Assembly (NCBI RefSeq): GCF_058153355.1
Contig: NZ_CM177019.1
Direction: 5' to 3' (one strand)
DNA: 64,000 nt
The translations under genes and the position numbers were made by a program. Position 1 is the stretch's first letter. Each line of letters starts with the position of its first letter. Below the pieces are notes generated by a model that searched no databases, was not told where the DNA came from, and saw only the letters and a list, made by a program, of their open reading frames with translations. This document shows, piece after piece, positions 48,945 to 64,000 of the stretch.

Positions 48945-49571
48945 TTATTTTTTCTCGGACAGATATTTCACAGTATCAGCATACTGCTGAACAAAAACAT
49001 CCATATTGCTGGTATCCATACCCTGCGGATTCAGCTGATATTTACCGTTAACAAACATCGCCGGAACGCCACGCAATTGCACGTCAGCTGCAGCTTTTTC
49101 CTGCTGAGCGACCAGGGATTTCACCACGAAGCTGTTCCACGCCGCGTCGTACTCTTCACCTTTAATACCTGCGTTGATAAATACATCGCGGATATCAGAT
49201 GCTGAACGAATGGTCTGGGTTTTCTGTACGCCTTCAAACAGCGGAACAGTGACTTTGTCTTCCACGCCCAGTGCCATCGCCACTGCCCATGCCTGAGTCA
49301 GATCTTTGCCCAGGTCACCCCCCATGAAGTTGACGTGGTATTTAGTCATCTTCACGCCTTCCGGCAGTTTTTTCTTCACGTTATCAGAAATATGCAGAAC
49401 TTCTTCAAACTGATAGCAGTGCGGGCAGAAGAAAGAGAAAAACTCCAGCACTTGCGGCGCGCCAGCTACCGGTTTTTCCAGGGTAGTGTACTGTTTACCA
49501 TCTTCATACTGCGCCGCCGATGCGCTAAACGCTAAAACTAAACCAGCCAGCGCCAGCCAAATCTTTTTCAT
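48945..49571 (-). CDS. dsbA: Periplasmic thiol:disulfide oxidoreductase DsbA
   Basis: 208 aa with a signal peptide and the active site FFCPHCYQF. Confidence 0.98.
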
Positions 49572-49587
49572 GATCTACTCTCTCCGA

Positions 49588-50574
49588 TTAATACATAGGT
49601 GTTAATTGCAAAGGGGGTTCTTGTAGAACTTTTGCCTGTTCTATAAAAGTCGCCGTCTGTCGCAGCCAGTAATCTTCCCCGGTTAACCACGGGAAATTTT
49701 TCGGGAACGCGGGATCAGCCCAACGCCGCATTAGCCAGGCAAGATAATAAACCAAACGCATGGCGCGTAAAGGTTCAATCAGTCCGATTTCAGCGGTGTC
49801 GAACTCGCTAAATTCTTCATAAGCCTCAATAATAGTTTCCAGTTGCATCCGCTGCTCGGCTTTATCGCCATTGAGCAACATCCACAAATCCTGAATAGCC
49901 GGACCATTACGTGCATCATCCAGATCAACAAACATTGGACCATCGCGCCAGAGGATATTCCCGGCGTGGCAGTCTCCATGTAGCCGCAGAACGGTGAAAT
50001 CTTCCCGCCAATGTGCTGTAACGGCGGCGATCAGCTCATCTGTCGCTTTCAGGAATGCCGCTTTCAACCCGGAAGGTATCAGTGTAGCGTCCTCAAACAG
50101 CTTGCGTGGCTCAATGAGATATTCATTCAGACCGATGGTCGGGCGATGGATAAAAAGCTGTTTGCGCCCCGTCTGGTGCATACGCCCTAAATAACGCCCA
50201 ACAGCTTCCATCTGATCGATATTATCAGCTTCGAACTGGCGACCACCGACGCTTGGAAAAACAGCGAAATAAAATCCCTGATGATTCAATAAAGTCTGAC
50301 CGTTAAAGGCCACAGGCGCTGCGACCGGAACTTCATCGTTAACCAGCTGCAACGCAAATTGATGTTCTTCGAGGATTTGATCGGCTGTCCAACGTTCAGG
50401 GCGATAAAATTTGACGACAAAACGTCGACGATCTTCGTCCTGAAATTGATAGACACGGTTTTCATAGCTGTTAAGCGGGGTAAGACCGGAATCCACCCGG
50501 ATCCCATGCTCAAACAGAGCGTCCATGATGGTATCCGGGTGTAGTGTCTGGAAAGTAAAAGCGCTGTTGTTCAT
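49588..50574 (-). CDS. srkA: Stress-response Ser/Thr kinase SrkA (YihE)
   Basis: 328 aa with the kinase-like motifs LHGDCHAGNILW and VDLDD. Confidence 0.95.
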   Translation of the reverse strand: MNNSAFTFQTLHPDTIMDALFEHGIRVDSGLTPLNSYENRVYQFQDEDRRRFVVKFYRPERWTADQILEEHQFALQLVNDEVPVAAPVAFNGQTLLNHQGFYFAVFPSVGGRQFEADNIDQMEAVGRYLGRMHQTGRKQLFIHRPTIGLNEYLIEPRKLFEDATLIPSGLKAAFLKATDELIAAVTAHWREDFTVLRLHGDCHAGNILWRDGPMFVDLDDARNGPAIQDLWMLLNGDKAEQRMQLETIIEAYEEFSEFDTAEIGLIEPLRAMRLVYYLAWLMRRWADPAFPKNFPWLTGEDYWLRQTATFIEQAKVLQEPPLQLTPMY

Positions 50575-50650
50575 CCCATCATCCGGAAAACATTACGAAT
50601 GATGAAGGATATCATTTCACGATGATTTTGGTGGCACCGCTTACAAGCTT

Positions 50651-50920
50651 TTACTCTTTAATTACGCCGCGAGCGCGTAACAGCGCCGTTTTGAAATCTT
50701 CTTCATAATCTTTCTGCAAACCCGGGATCACCGCATCTTTCGCGGAATCACGCATTTTCAGGTGATAGATCAGAATGTCATCCGTCAAATCCGCCAGTTC
50801 GCCGTCAAAACCTGACTCTTTCGCCAGTTTCTGCAAAAATTGCAGCAGGTTAAGGTCTGGCTCTTTTTGCCAGGCTGGCTGGAGGAGTTCAATAACTTCA
50901 TTCAGACGTTTACATTTCAT
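50651..50920 (-). CDS. yihD: YihD (DUF1040)
   Basis: Trimmed to [33 protein letters not shown]... (89 aa). Confidence 0.9.
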
Positions 50921-50989
50921 AGTAATGCTCCTTACTCTTGAGACAGACACGTTAGCAGGGTCAATCCCACAATAAAAGAGGCGATATCG

Positions 50990-51574
50990 GTGAATCTGAT
51001 GACGACGATAACAGGCGTTGTGCTGGCGGGCGGTAAAGCCAGACGAATGGGCGGCGTAGATAAAGGATTGCTTGAATTAAACGGCAAACCATTATGGCAA
51101 CATGTCGCTGACGCGCTTATGACGCAGCTCTCTCACGTCATGGTTAATGCTAATCGTCATCAGGAAATCTATCAGGCAAGCGGTCTGAAAGTGATTGAAG
51201 ATACACTGGCGGATTACCCAGGCCCTCTGGCAGGAATGCTTTCAGTAATGCAGCAGGAAGCGGGGGAGTGGTTTTTGTTTTGCCCATGCGATACGCCTTA
51301 CATTCCCCCTGATTTAGCTGCCCGGCTTAATCATCAGCGCAAAGATGCGCCTGTCGTGTGGGTCCACGACGGTGAACGCGATCACCCGACTATTGCTCTG
51401 GTAAACCGCGCAATTGAGCCTTTATTACTGGAATATCTGCAAGCAGGAGAACGCCGGGTAATGGCATTTATGCGTCTGGCTGGCGGTCACGCGGTCGATT
51501 TCAGCGATCATAAAGATGCATTTGTAAACGTGAATACGCCAGAGGAGCTTGCCCGATGGCAGGAAAAACGATGA
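50990..51574 (+). CDS. mobA: Molybdenum cofactor guanylyltransferase MobA
   Basis: 194 aa with a GTG start and the motif [16 protein letters not shown]. Confidence 0.95.
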
Positions 51575-52083
51575 TACCGTTACTCGCCTTTGCCGCGTGG
51601 AGCGGCACTGGAAAAACTACGCTGCTGAAAAAACTGATCCCGGCATTATGCGCCAGAGGGATCCGTCCAGGGCTGATTAAGCATACGCACCATGATATGG
51701 ATGTTGATAAACCGGGCAAAGATAGCTATGAGCTGCGCAAGGCTGGCGCGGCACAAACCATCGTTGCCAGCCAGCAGCGATGGGCCTTGATGACGGAAAC
51801 ACCAGACGAAGAAGAGCTGGATCTACATTTTCTCGCAAGTCGAATGGATACCTCAAAACTGGATTTGATTCTGGTCGAAGGGTTTAAGCATGAAGAGATC
51901 GCAAAGATTGTGCTGTTTCGCGATGGAGCCGGACATCGACCGGAAGAATTAGTGATAGACAGACATGTTATTGCTGTAGCCAGTGATGTGCCGCTTAATC
52001 TTGATGTCGCGTTACTGGATATTAATGATGTTGAGGGGCTGGCTGATTTTGTGGTGGAGTGGATGCAAAATCAGGACGGATAA
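51556..52083 (+). CDS. mobB: Molybdopterin-guanine dinucleotide biosynthesis adapter MobB
   Basis: 175 aa with the P-loop GTGKTT. It overlaps the mobA 3' end. An alternative start lies at 51571 (MIPLLAF). Confidence 0.93.
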   Translation: MAGKTMIPLLAFAAWSGTGKTTLLKKLIPALCARGIRPGLIKHTHHDMDVDKPGKDSYELRKAGAAQTIVASQQRWALMTETPDEEELDLHFLASRMDTSKLDLILVEGFKHEEIAKIVLFRDGAGHRPEELVIDRHVIAVASDVPLNLDVALLDINDVEGLADFVVEWMQNQDG

Positions 52084-52141
52084 GCAAGAGTAGGCTGGAT
52101 AAAACGCGCCATGCGTCGCACCCGGCATTTTTTTCTGCACC

Positions 52142-52173
52142 AACGCAAAAAGGCCATCCGTCAGGATGGCCTT
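52142..52173 (-). terminator. rrnA terminator T1
   Basis: The minus strand reads AAGGCCATCC-tgac-GGATGGCCTT followed by a T-run, immediately downstream of the 5S gene. Confidence 0.85.
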
Positions 52174-52185
52174 CTGCTTGATTTG

Positions 52186-52305
52186 ATGCCTGGCAGTTCC
52201 CTACTCTCGCATGGGGAGACCCCACACTACCATCGGCGCTACGGCGTTTCACTTCTGAGTTCGGCATGGGGTCAGGTGGGACCACCGCGCTAAGGCCGCC
52301 AGGCA
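52186..52305 (-). rRNA. rrfA: 5S ribosomal RNA (rrnA operon)
   Basis: The reverse complement reads TGCCTGGCGGCCTTAGCGCGGTGGTCCCACCTGACCCCATGCCGAACTCAGAAGTGAAACGCCGTAGCGCCGATGGTAGTGTGGGGTCTCCCCATGCGAGAGTAGGGAACTGCCAGGCAT (120 nt). Confidence 0.97.
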
Positions 52306-52398
52306 AATTCTGTTTCATCAGACCGCTTCTGCGTTCTGATTTAATCTGTATCAGGCTGAAAATCTTCTCTCAATCCGCCAAAACACCTTCGGCGTTGT

Positions 52399-55303
<2,905 letters not shown>

Positions 55304-55486
55304 TCACAACCCGAAGATGTTTCTTGCGATTCATCATCGTGTTGCGAAAATTTGAGAGACTCACGAACAACTTTCGTTGTTCAGTGTTTCAATTTTCAGC
55401 TTGATCCAGATTTTTAAAGAGCAAAACTTCGCAGTGAACCTTTGCAGGTACACTCTGAAGTATTTTTTATTTAATCACTACAGAGA

Positions 55487-55562
55487 TGGTGGAGCTATGC
55501 GGGATCGAACCGCAGACCTCCTGCGTGCAAAGCAGGCGCTCTCCCAGCTGAGCTATAGCCCC
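55487..55562 (-). tRNA. alaT: tRNA-Ala (UGC), spacer tRNA
   Basis: The reverse complement reads GGGGCTATAGCTCAGCTGGGAGAGCGCCTGCTTTGCACGCAGGAGGTCTGCGGTTCGATCCCGCATAGCTCCACCA (76 nt). Confidence 0.97.
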
Positions 55563-55604
55563 ATAACATGTAGTTAAAACCTCTTCAAATTTGCGGTGCA
55601 AATT

Positions 55605-55681
<77 letters not shown>

Positions 55682-55749
55682 GTAGAGGTTTTACTGCTCA
55701 TTTTCATCAGACAATCTGTGTGAGCACTGCAAAGCACAGTTCTTTAAGG

Positions 55750-57291
<1,542 letters not shown>

Positions 57292-57469
57292 AAAAGTTTG
57301 ATGCTCAAAGAATTAAACTTCGTAATGAATTACGTGTTCACTCTTGAGACTTGGTATTCATTTTTCGTCTTGCGACGTTAAGAATCCGTATCTTCGAGTG
57401 CCCACACAGATTGTCTGATAAATTGTTAAAGAGCAGTGCCGCTTCGCTTTTTCTCAGCGGCGCGGGGTG

Positions 57470-57502
57470 TGCATAATACGCTTTCCCGCTACAGAGTCAA
57501 GC
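57470..57502 (-). promoter_or_regulatory. rrnA P2 promoter
   Basis: The minus strand reads TTGACT-N17-TATTAT (gcttgactctgtagcgggaaagcgtattatgcacaccccgcg) with a GC-rich discriminator. Confidence 0.8.
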
Positions 57503-57587
57503 ATTTTTTGCTTTTCTCTGTCGAGATTCTCAGGAGAATCTCGCTGACCCGGCGGCGTGTTTGCCGTTGTTCCGTGTCAGTGGTGGC

Positions 57588-57645
57588 GCATTATAGGGAG
57601 TTATTCCGGCCTGACAAGAGGAAATTTAAAATAATTTTCCGACCG
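57588..57645 (-). promoter_or_regulatory. rrnA P1 promoter with UP element
   Basis: The minus strand reads ggaaaattattttaaatttcct-CTTGTCA-ggccggaataactccc-TATAAT-gcgccacca: an A/T-rich UP element, -35, -10 and a GC discriminator. Confidence 0.88.
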
Positions 57646-57666
57646 CGCATTTTTTACTCTTTATGC

Positions 57667-58212
57667 TTATTTCAGCGTCGGTTTGTCGGTTAAATGGGCG
57701 ATTTCTCGGGCGAAATTCGCCACCTGCTGCCAATCGGTATAGACAACTTCTTTGCGCGTATCCGTTTCACCGCCTGACATCTTCATAATCAGCTTGATCA
57801 TAAAGCGGTCGTACCAGCGGTAACGTGGATAACGTAGCGCCCCGGCAATGACGGCACAGCGATCGGGACGCCATTGTGAACTCATCAGAAACTTCCGCGC
57901 GTAGCTGTTGGTCTGTGGAGTACGCTTCTCCGGTTTACGCGCCACCAGGTTTACGGAGTAAAAGGCGCTCGGCATCGAATTCAGCCGCGTCGCATGCTTT
58001 TTGACAAATTCCTGGAACGCAGAGTGGTAGTGACCATAGCGAATAGAAGCACCAATGACCACGCGATCGTAGTTTTCCCACTGGGGTTCTTCAATGCGAT
58101 GCACATTAGCGACATCTGCCTGGATCCCCAGTTCTTTCAGTTCCGAAGCCAGGTAGGCGGCAATCTCGCGCGTTTGTCCGTCCCTTGTTGAGAAAAGAAT
58201 TAATGTTTTCAC
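57667..58212 (-). CDS. hemG: Protoporphyrinogen IX dehydrogenase HemG (flavodoxin-like)
   Basis: 181-aa [37 protein letters not shown]... Confidence 0.96.
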   Translation of the reverse strand: MKTLILFSTRDGQTREIAAYLASELKELGIQADVANVHRIEEPQWENYDRVVIGASIRYGHYHSAFQEFVKKHATRLNSMPSAFYSVNLVARKPEKRTPQTNSYARKFLMSSQWRPDRCAVIAGALRYPRYRWYDRFMIKLIMKMSGGETDTRKEVVYTDWQQVANFAREIAHLTDKPTLK

Positions 58213-58223
58213 GTATTACTCCA

Positions 58224-59675
58224 TCATTCACGCCAGAAAGTCGGGGTAAAGAGCACCAGCAATGTAAAGACCTCGAGACGACCAAACAGCATATTGGCAA
58301 TCAGGATCCATTTAGCCACCGGGTTCATACTGGTAAAGTTATCAGCAACCACGCCAAGCCCTGGCCCCAGGTTATTCAATGTCGCAACAACCGAGGCAAA
58401 GGCAGAAAAGTCATCCACACCCGTGGCGATAATCGCCAGCATACTGACAATAAACACCAATGCATAGGCAGAGAAAAATCCCCAAACAGCTTCGAGGATA
58501 CGTTCCGGCAGTGCGCGATTCCCCAGCTTAATGCTGTAAACGGCGTTCGGATGCACCAGTCGTTTCAGCTCACGGTTCCCCTGCTTAAACAGCAGCAGAA
58601 TGCGGATCACTTTCAGGCCACCGCCCGTAGACCCGGCGCAACCGCCAATAAATGCTGAACATAAAAGCAGTACCGGCAAAAAGAGCGGCCAGCGGGCAAT
58701 GCTGTCAGTCGTAAACCCGGCGGTTGTCGCCATCGACACCACCTGGAAAAACGCCTGGTTAATTGTCATCAGCGCCGAACTATAGACATTATGAAACCAC
58801 AGCACGAGGGTACAAATAACCACCAGCGTAAACTGTACGCCGATAAACATGCGAAATTCCGGATCGCGCCAATAAACCTTCAGACTACGCCCACTTAACA
58901 GCGAAAAGTGCAGACCGTAGTTACAGCCGGAGATCAGCAGGAAGATAGCAATGATAGTGTTAATAGTCGGGCTGTCGAAATAACCGATACTGGCATCATG
59001 TGTCGAGAAGCCGCCAATAGCGATAGTCGCAAAGCTATGGCCGATGGCATCAAAGGCATCCATTCCGGCAAACCACAACGCCAGCGCACAGGCGACGGTC
59101 AGCAAGACATAAATCAACCACAGGGTTTTCGCCGTTTCCGCAATTCGCGGGCGCATTTTGTTATCTTTCAGCGGGCCGGGCATTTCCGCGCGATAGAGCT
59201 GCATCCCACCCACGCCGAGGATAGGCAGTATCGCAACCGCCAAAACGATGATCCCCATCCCGCCAAACCATTGCAGCATCTGGCGATAAAAGAGGATTGC
59301 GTGAGGAAGTGTATCCAGTCCCACCAGCGTAGTGGCCCCCGTGGTAGTCAGACCGGAGAAAGATTCAAAAAACGCATCGGTAATCGTGAGGTTTGGGCTT
59401 TCCGAAAAGATAAAAGGGAGCGCACCGACGCTACCCAACACGGTCCAGAACAGCACCACTATCAGAAACCCTTCACGGGATTTCAGTTCGCCCTTTTCTT
59501 TACGGTTCGGCCACCACAGCATAGAACCAATGGCAAGGGCGACAAAAAAGGTCTGGGTAAAGGCGCGGCCCGCACCATCCCGGTAGATGAGTGCTACCAG
59601 CCCAGGGATAATCATGGTCCCTGAAAATAAGATGACCAGTAGTCCAACAATTCGGGTAATGGCGCGAAAATGCAT
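58224..59675 (-). CDS. trkH: Trk-system potassium uptake protein TrkH
   Basis: 483-aa polytopic membrane protein MHFRAITRIVGLLVILFSGTMIIPGLVALIYRDG... Confidence 0.96.
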   Translation of the reverse strand: MHFRAITRIVGLLVILFSGTMIIPGLVALIYRDGAGRAFTQTFFVALAIGSMLWWPNRKEKGELKSREGFLIVVLFWTVLGSVGALPFIFSESPNLTITDAFFESFSGLTTTGATTLVGLDTLPHAILFYRQMLQWFGGMGIIVLAVAILPILGVGGMQLYRAEMPGPLKDNKMRPRIAETAKTLWLIYVLLTVACALALWFAGMDAFDAIGHSFATIAIGGFSTHDASIGYFDSPTINTIIAIFLLISGCNYGLHFSLLSGRSLKVYWRDPEFRMFIGVQFTLVVICTLVLWFHNVYSSALMTINQAFFQVVSMATTAGFTTDSIARWPLFLPVLLLCSAFIGGCAGSTGGGLKVIRILLLFKQGNRELKRLVHPNAVYSIKLGNRALPERILEAVWGFFSAYALVFIVSMLAIIATGVDDFSAFASVVATLNNLGPGLGVVADNFTSMNPVAKWILIANMLFGRLEVFTLLVLFTPTFWRE

Positions 59676-59713
59676 CTCTGCCGCTTCCTTAGTTCTGCAA
59701 AATGAAGTGGGGA

Positions 59714-60328
59714 TTATTCTTCAATCGCTAACAATTGCAATGAACCACGGCTAAAATCCGCCAGTTTTGCGGAAAATTCAGCCACTTTCGCCGCCGGAAG
59801 CGCCACCCGCAGCAGAACGAATGCCTGATAATCACTGTTGATAATTTTGCCGCCACACTGCCCCAGCAACGCTTCAATGCCGGTTAACTGACTATATTCA
59901 CATTGCAAAGTATATTCGGTTAATGGCGTCTTGCGTTGGGTCGTTAGCTGGCGCAGTGCCTGATTCACGCCGCCGCCATACGCTTTCACTAACCCACCGG
60001 TGCCCAGCAATATGCCGCCGTAGTAGCGCACCACCACGGCGGTAATTTCCCCGACGCCGCTGCCCATAAGTTGGGCGAGCATCGGTTTACCTGCCGTTCC
60101 CGCCGGTTCCCCGTCATCAGAGAAACCCAGTTGTTGAGAATCATCCGGTGCGCCAGCTACCCACGCCACACAATGGTGGCGAGCATCGGGATGCTCTGCC
60201 CGCACCGATTCAACAAACGCTTTCGCCGCCTCAACGCCATCGGTATGCGCCAACAGCGTAATGAAGCGGCTCTTTTTGATCTCTTCAACGACCGTGACCG
60301 GTGCCGCAGGGATTAACCAGCTTTCCAT
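59714..60328 (-). CDS. yigZ: IMPACT-family protein YigZ
   Basis: Trimmed to the ATG at 60328 ([22 protein letters not shown]..., 204 aa), which overlaps the pepQ stop by 1 nt. Confidence 0.93.
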   Translation of the reverse strand: MESWLIPAAPVTVVEEIKKSRFITLLAHTDGVEAAKAFVESVRAEHPDARHHCVAWVAGAPDDSQQLGFSDDGEPAGTAGKPMLAQLMGSGVGEITAVVVRYYGGILLGTGGLVKAYGGGVNQALRQLTTQRKTPLTEYTLQCEYSQLTGIEALLGQCGGKIINSDYQAFVLLRVALPAAKVAEFSAKLADFSRGSLQLLAIEE

Positions 60329-61659
60329 CACGCCAGTTTCAGATCCCGGGTCATGTTTTCCACGTTGTTTTCGTGGATCACCACGTTGTCTTCGATACGA
60401 ATGCCACCAAACGGTTTCAGTGCTTCAATTTTCTGCCAGTTGAAGTGTTTGCTGAACTGCCCTTCACGCCACGGCGCCAGCAGCGATTCGATGAAGTAGA
60501 TACCCGGTTCGATGGTTAACACCATGCCCGGCTGGAGAATACGAGTGCAGCGCAGGTACGGATATTTTGCCGGTGCCGCGAGGTGCGTACCGCTATCATC
60601 CTGCATAAAACCAGCGACGTCATGCACCTGCAGGCCCAGCGGATGGCCGATACCATGCGGCATAAACGGTCCGGTAAGATCATTTTCGACCATCGCCTCT
60701 TCACTCATATCGGTGATGATTTGATGTTTACGCAGCAGTTTGGCGATACGCTGATGGAACTGGATGTGGTAATCCACATAGCTGACGCCTGCTTTCATGG
60801 TAGCGATCAGCGCCAGTTGTTCATCATTTACGTCTTTCACCAGCTGTGCGTAGTCGTTGTCGCTTTTTGCCGACCAGGTACGGGTCAAGTCAGCCGCATA
60901 GCCGTTATATTCTGCCCCGGCATCCAGCAGGAAGCTGCGCATCTCTTCCGGAGCCTGATGGTCCAGTTTGGTGTAATGCAGTACCGCAGCGTGTTCGTTG
61001 AGCGCCACAATGTTGCTGTAAGGCACGTCGGTATCACGATGACCGGTCGCGGTCAGATAGGCAATGTTGATATCGAACTCGCTCATGCCAGAACGGAACG
61101 CTTCTTCTGCCGCGCGATGACCGTTGACCGCCATTTTCTGCGCTTCACGCATACAGGCCAGTTCGTACTCGGTTTTGAAGGAGCGATAGTAATGCAGGTA
61201 GTCGATCACCCCTTTCGGGTTGATATTGCTGGCCTCAATGCCCAGTTGCAGCGCTCGTTCCGGCACCGGGCCGATATACCCGATATTGCCGCGCGCAGCA
61301 GGCAACAGACTACCAATACCATCGGCTTTCGGCAGCGCGATCACTTCTACATCTTCAGTCCAGAAGGAGGTCGGCAGTGGTTCGACGTTGTGCCAGTAAT
61401 CAACCGGCAGATAAAACCACAGTTTCGGCTTGTTCACGCCATCTACCAGCAGCCAGCAGTTTGGCACCTGAGTTACCGGCACCCACGCTTTGAATTGCGG
61501 GTTCACTTTAAACGGATAGGGATGATCGTCGAGAAAAACGTTGAACAGTTCGCCGGAGTGAATAAGTAACGCATCCAGCTTGAAGCGCGCCAGCGCATCG
61601 CGAGTCCGTTCCTGTAAGGTAGCTATATGATTTTTATAGAGCGAGGCCAGTGATTCCAT
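60328..61659 (-). CDS. pepQ: Xaa-Pro dipeptidase PepQ
   Basis: 443-aa [39 protein letters not shown]... with prolidase metal-ligand motifs. Confidence 0.97.
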
Positions 61660-61805
61660 TTTTTACCCTTCTGTTTTTTGACCTTAAGTCTCCGCATCTT
61701 AGCACAACGTTAATACAGAGCGTGATTTCTGCCGAGCGTGATCAGATTGGCATTTCTTTAATCTTTTATTTGCATATTTTTAACACAAAATACACACTTC
61801 GTTTC

Positions 61806-61822
61806 ATCTGGTACGACCAGAT
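61806..61822. promoter_or_regulatory. FadR operator in the fadBA promoter
   Basis: The perfect palindrome ATCTGGTACGACCAGAT lies 26 bp upstream of the fadB ATG and matches the FadR site of fadB as I recall it. Confidence 0.8.
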
Positions 61823-61847
61823 CACCTTGCGGATTCAGGAGACTGAC

Positions 61848-64000
61848 ATGCTTTACAAAGGCGACACCCTGTACCTTGACTGGCTGGAAGATGGCATTGC
61901 CGAACTGGTATTTGATGCCCCAGGTTCAGTTAATAAACTCGACACTGCGACCGTCGCCAGCCTCGGCGAGGCCATCGGCGTGCTGGAACAGCAATCAGAT
62001 TTAAAAGGGCTGCTGCTGCGTTCGAATAAAGCAGCCTTTATCGTCGGTGCTGATATCACCGAATTCTTGTCCCTGTTCCTCGTTCCTGAAGAACAGTTAA
62101 GCCAGTGGCTGCATTTTGCCAATAGCGTGTTTAATCGCCTGGAAGATCTGCCGGTGCCGACCATTGCTGCCGTCAACGGCTATGCGCTGGGCGGTGGCTG
62201 CGAATGTGTGCTGGCGACCGATTATCGTCTGGCGACGCCAGATCTGCGCATCGGTCTACCGGAAACCAAACTGGGCATCATGCCGGGCTTTGGCGGTTCT
62301 GTACGTATGCCACGTATGCTCGGTGCTGATAGTGCGCTGGAAATCATTGCCGCCGGTAAAGATGTCGGCGCGGATCAGGCGCTGAAAATCGGTCTGGTGG
62401 ATGGCGTAGTCAAAGCAGAAAAACTGGTTGAAGGCGCGAAGGCAATTTTACGTCAGGCCATTAACGGCGACCTCGACTGGAAAGCGAAACGTCAGCCGAA
62501 GCTGGAACCGCTAAAACTGAGCAAGATTGAAGCCACCATGAGCTTCACCATCGCTAAAGGAATGGTCGCACAAACAGCAGGGAAACATTACCCCGCACCC
62601 ATCACCGCAGTAAAAACCATTGAAGCGGCTGCCCGTTTTGGTCGTGAAGAAGCATTAAATCTGGAAAACAAAAGTTTTGTCCCGCTGGCGCATACCAACG
62701 AAGCTCGCGCACTGGTCGGCATTTTCCTTAACGATCAATATGTAAAAGGTAAAGCGAAGAAACTCACCAAAGATGTTGAAACCCCGAAACAGGCCGCTGT
62801 GCTGGGCGCAGGCATTATGGGCGGCGGCATCGCTTACCAGTCTGCGTGGAAAGGCGTGCCGGTTGTCATGAAAGATATCAACGACAAGTCGTTAACCCTC
62901 GGCATGACCGAAGCCGCGAAACTGCTGAACAAGCAGCTTGAGCGCGGCAAGATCGACGGTCTGAAACTGGCTGGCGTGATCTCCACGATTCATCCAACGC
63001 TCGACTACGCCGGGTTTGATCGCGTGGACGTTGTGGTAGAAGCGGTTGTCGAAAACCCGAAAGTGAAAAAAGCCGTGCTGGCAGAAACCGAGCAGAAAGT
63101 ACGCCCGGATACCGTGCTGGCTTCCAATACTTCAACCATTCCTATCAGCGAACTGGCCAACGCGCTGGAACGCCCGGAAAACTTCTGCGGGATGCATTTC
63201 TTTAACCCAGTGCACCGGATGCCGTTGGTGGAAATTATTCGCGGTGAGAAAAGCTCCGACGAAACCATCGCGAAAGTTGTCGCATGGGCGAGCAAGATGG
63301 GTAAAACGCCAATTGTGGTTAATGACTGCCCCGGCTTCTTTGTTAACCGCGTGCTGTTCCCCTATTTCGCCGGTTTCAGTCAGCTGCTGCGCGACGGCGC
63401 GGATTTTCGCAAGATCGACAAAGTGATGGAAAAACAGTTCGGCTGGCCGATGGGTCCGGCATACCTGCTGGATGTCGTGGGCATTGATACCGCGCATCAC
63501 GCCCAGGCAGTGATGGCAGCAGGTTTCCCGCAGCGGATGCAGAAAGATTATCGCGATGCCATCGACGCACTGTTTGATGCCAACCGTTTTGGTCAGAAGA
63601 ACGGCCTCGGTTTCTGGCGTTATAAAGAAGACAGCAAAGGTAAGCCGAAGAAAGAAGAAGACGCCGCCGTTGACGACCTGCTGGCAGAAGTCAGCCAGCC
63701 GAAGCGCGATTTCAGCGAAGAAGAGATTATCGCCCGCATGATGATCCCGATGGTCAACGAAGTGGTGCGTTGTCTGGAGGAAGGCATTATCGCCACTCCG
63801 GCAGAAGCCGATATGGCGCTGGTCTACGGCCTGGGCTTCCCTCCGTTCCACGGCGGCGCGTTCCGCTGGCTGGACACCCTCGGTAGCGCAAAATACCTCG
63901 ATATGGCACAACAATATCAGCACCTCGGCCCGCTGTATGAAGTGCCGGAAGGTCTGCGTAATAAAGCGCGTCATAACGAACCGTACTATCCCCCGGTTGA
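61848..64000 (+). CDS. fadB: Fatty-acid oxidation complex alpha subunit FadB (enoyl-CoA hydratase / 3-hydroxyacyl-CoA dehydrogenase), 3' end cut by the window
   Basis: Manual translation from the ATG at 61848 gives [73 protein letters not shown]..., open to position 64000. It is missing from the ORF track because no stop lies in the window. Confidence 0.95.
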   Translation, partial: MLYKGDTLYLDWLEDGIAELVFDAPGSVNKLDTATVASLGEAIGVLEQQSDLKGLLLRSNKAAFIVGADITEFLSLFLVPEEQLSQWLHFANSVFNRLEDLPVPTIAAVNGYALGGGCECVLATDYRLATPDLRIGLPETKLGIMPGFGGSVRMPRMLGADSALEIIAAGKDVGADQALKIGLVDGVVKAEKLVEGAKAILRQAINGDLDWKAKRQPKLEPLKLSKIEATMSFTIAKGMVAQTAGKHYPAPITAVKTIEAAARFGREEALNLENKSFVPLAHTNEARALVGIFLNDQYVKGKAKKLTKDVETPKQAAVLGAGIMGGGIAYQSAWKGVPVVMKDINDKSLTLGMTEAAKLLNKQLERGKIDGLKLAGVISTIHPTLDYAGFDRVDVVVEAVVENPKVKKAVLAETEQKVRPDTVLASNTSTIPISELANALERPENFCGMHFFNPVHRMPLVEIIRGEKSSDETIAKVVAWASKMGKTPIVVNDCPGFFVNRVLFPYFAGFSQLLRDGADFRKIDKVMEKQFGWPMGPAYLLDVVGIDTAHHAQAVMAAGFPQRMQKDYRDAIDALFDANRFGQKNGLGFWRYKEDSKGKPKKEEDAAVDDLLAEVSQPKRDFSEEEIIARMMIPMVNEVVRCLEEGIIATPAEADMALVYGLGFPPFHGGAFRWLDTLGSAKYLDMAQQYQHLGPLYEVPEGLRNKARHNEPYYPPV

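Noticed and set aside
58908-59624. 238-aa plus-strand ORF
   Set aside because: It is an antisense shadow of trkH.
60583-61569. 328-aa plus-strand ORF
   Set aside because: It is an antisense shadow of pepQ.
63132-63974. 280-aa minus-strand ORF, plus other short ORFs across 61853-63741
   Set aside because: They lie inside or antisense to fadB, whose frame is open from 61848 to the window end and matches FadB.

Overview
This is an Escherichia coli-type chromosome segment. All calls come from reading the ORF translations and DNA and from recall of known families; no database search or composition calculation was run.

Positions 1-19506 are the left ~19.5 kb of a bacteriophage Mu (or near-identical) prophage. 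It lies on the minus strand, running from head gene T through I, G, F, portal H, terminase, the lysis cassette, C, mor, gemA, the semi-essential early ORFs, gam, kil, B, A and ner, then the divergent repressor c and attL. The Mu terminus is at 19506, 34 bp upstream of yihR, so the phage sits inside the sulfoquinovose (yih) catabolic cluster.

The remainder is collinear with the K-12 86-87 min region read in reverse: yihR, yihQ, yihP, yihO, ompL, typA, glnA, glnL, glnG, yshB, hemN, yihI, csrC, engB, spf, polA, yihG, yihF, dsbA, srkA, yihD, mobA, mobB, the rrnA operon (5S, 23S, tRNA-Ala, tRNA-Ile, 16S), hemG, trkH, yigZ, pepQ and fadB (3' end cut by the window).

Two accessory differences from K-12, as I recall it, stand out:
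- A TSUP/TauE-like permease gene lies between yihR and yihQ.
- A six-gene, start/stop-overlapping cassette at 27337-32778 replaces yihL-yihM-yihN between ompL and typA. It encodes an LRR protein, an ATP-grasp ligase, an alkaline-phosphatase/NPP-superfamily hydrolase, a HemN-like radical SAM protein, a small radical SAM protein and a Cof-type HAD phosphatase.

That cassette matches my memory of the uncharacterised Salmonella STM4010-STM4015 families and is the best candidate here for an undescribed biological system. Secondary items are the Mu insertion context, an antisense 88-aa ORF inside the Mu early operon, and the block of small unknown Mu early ORFs.
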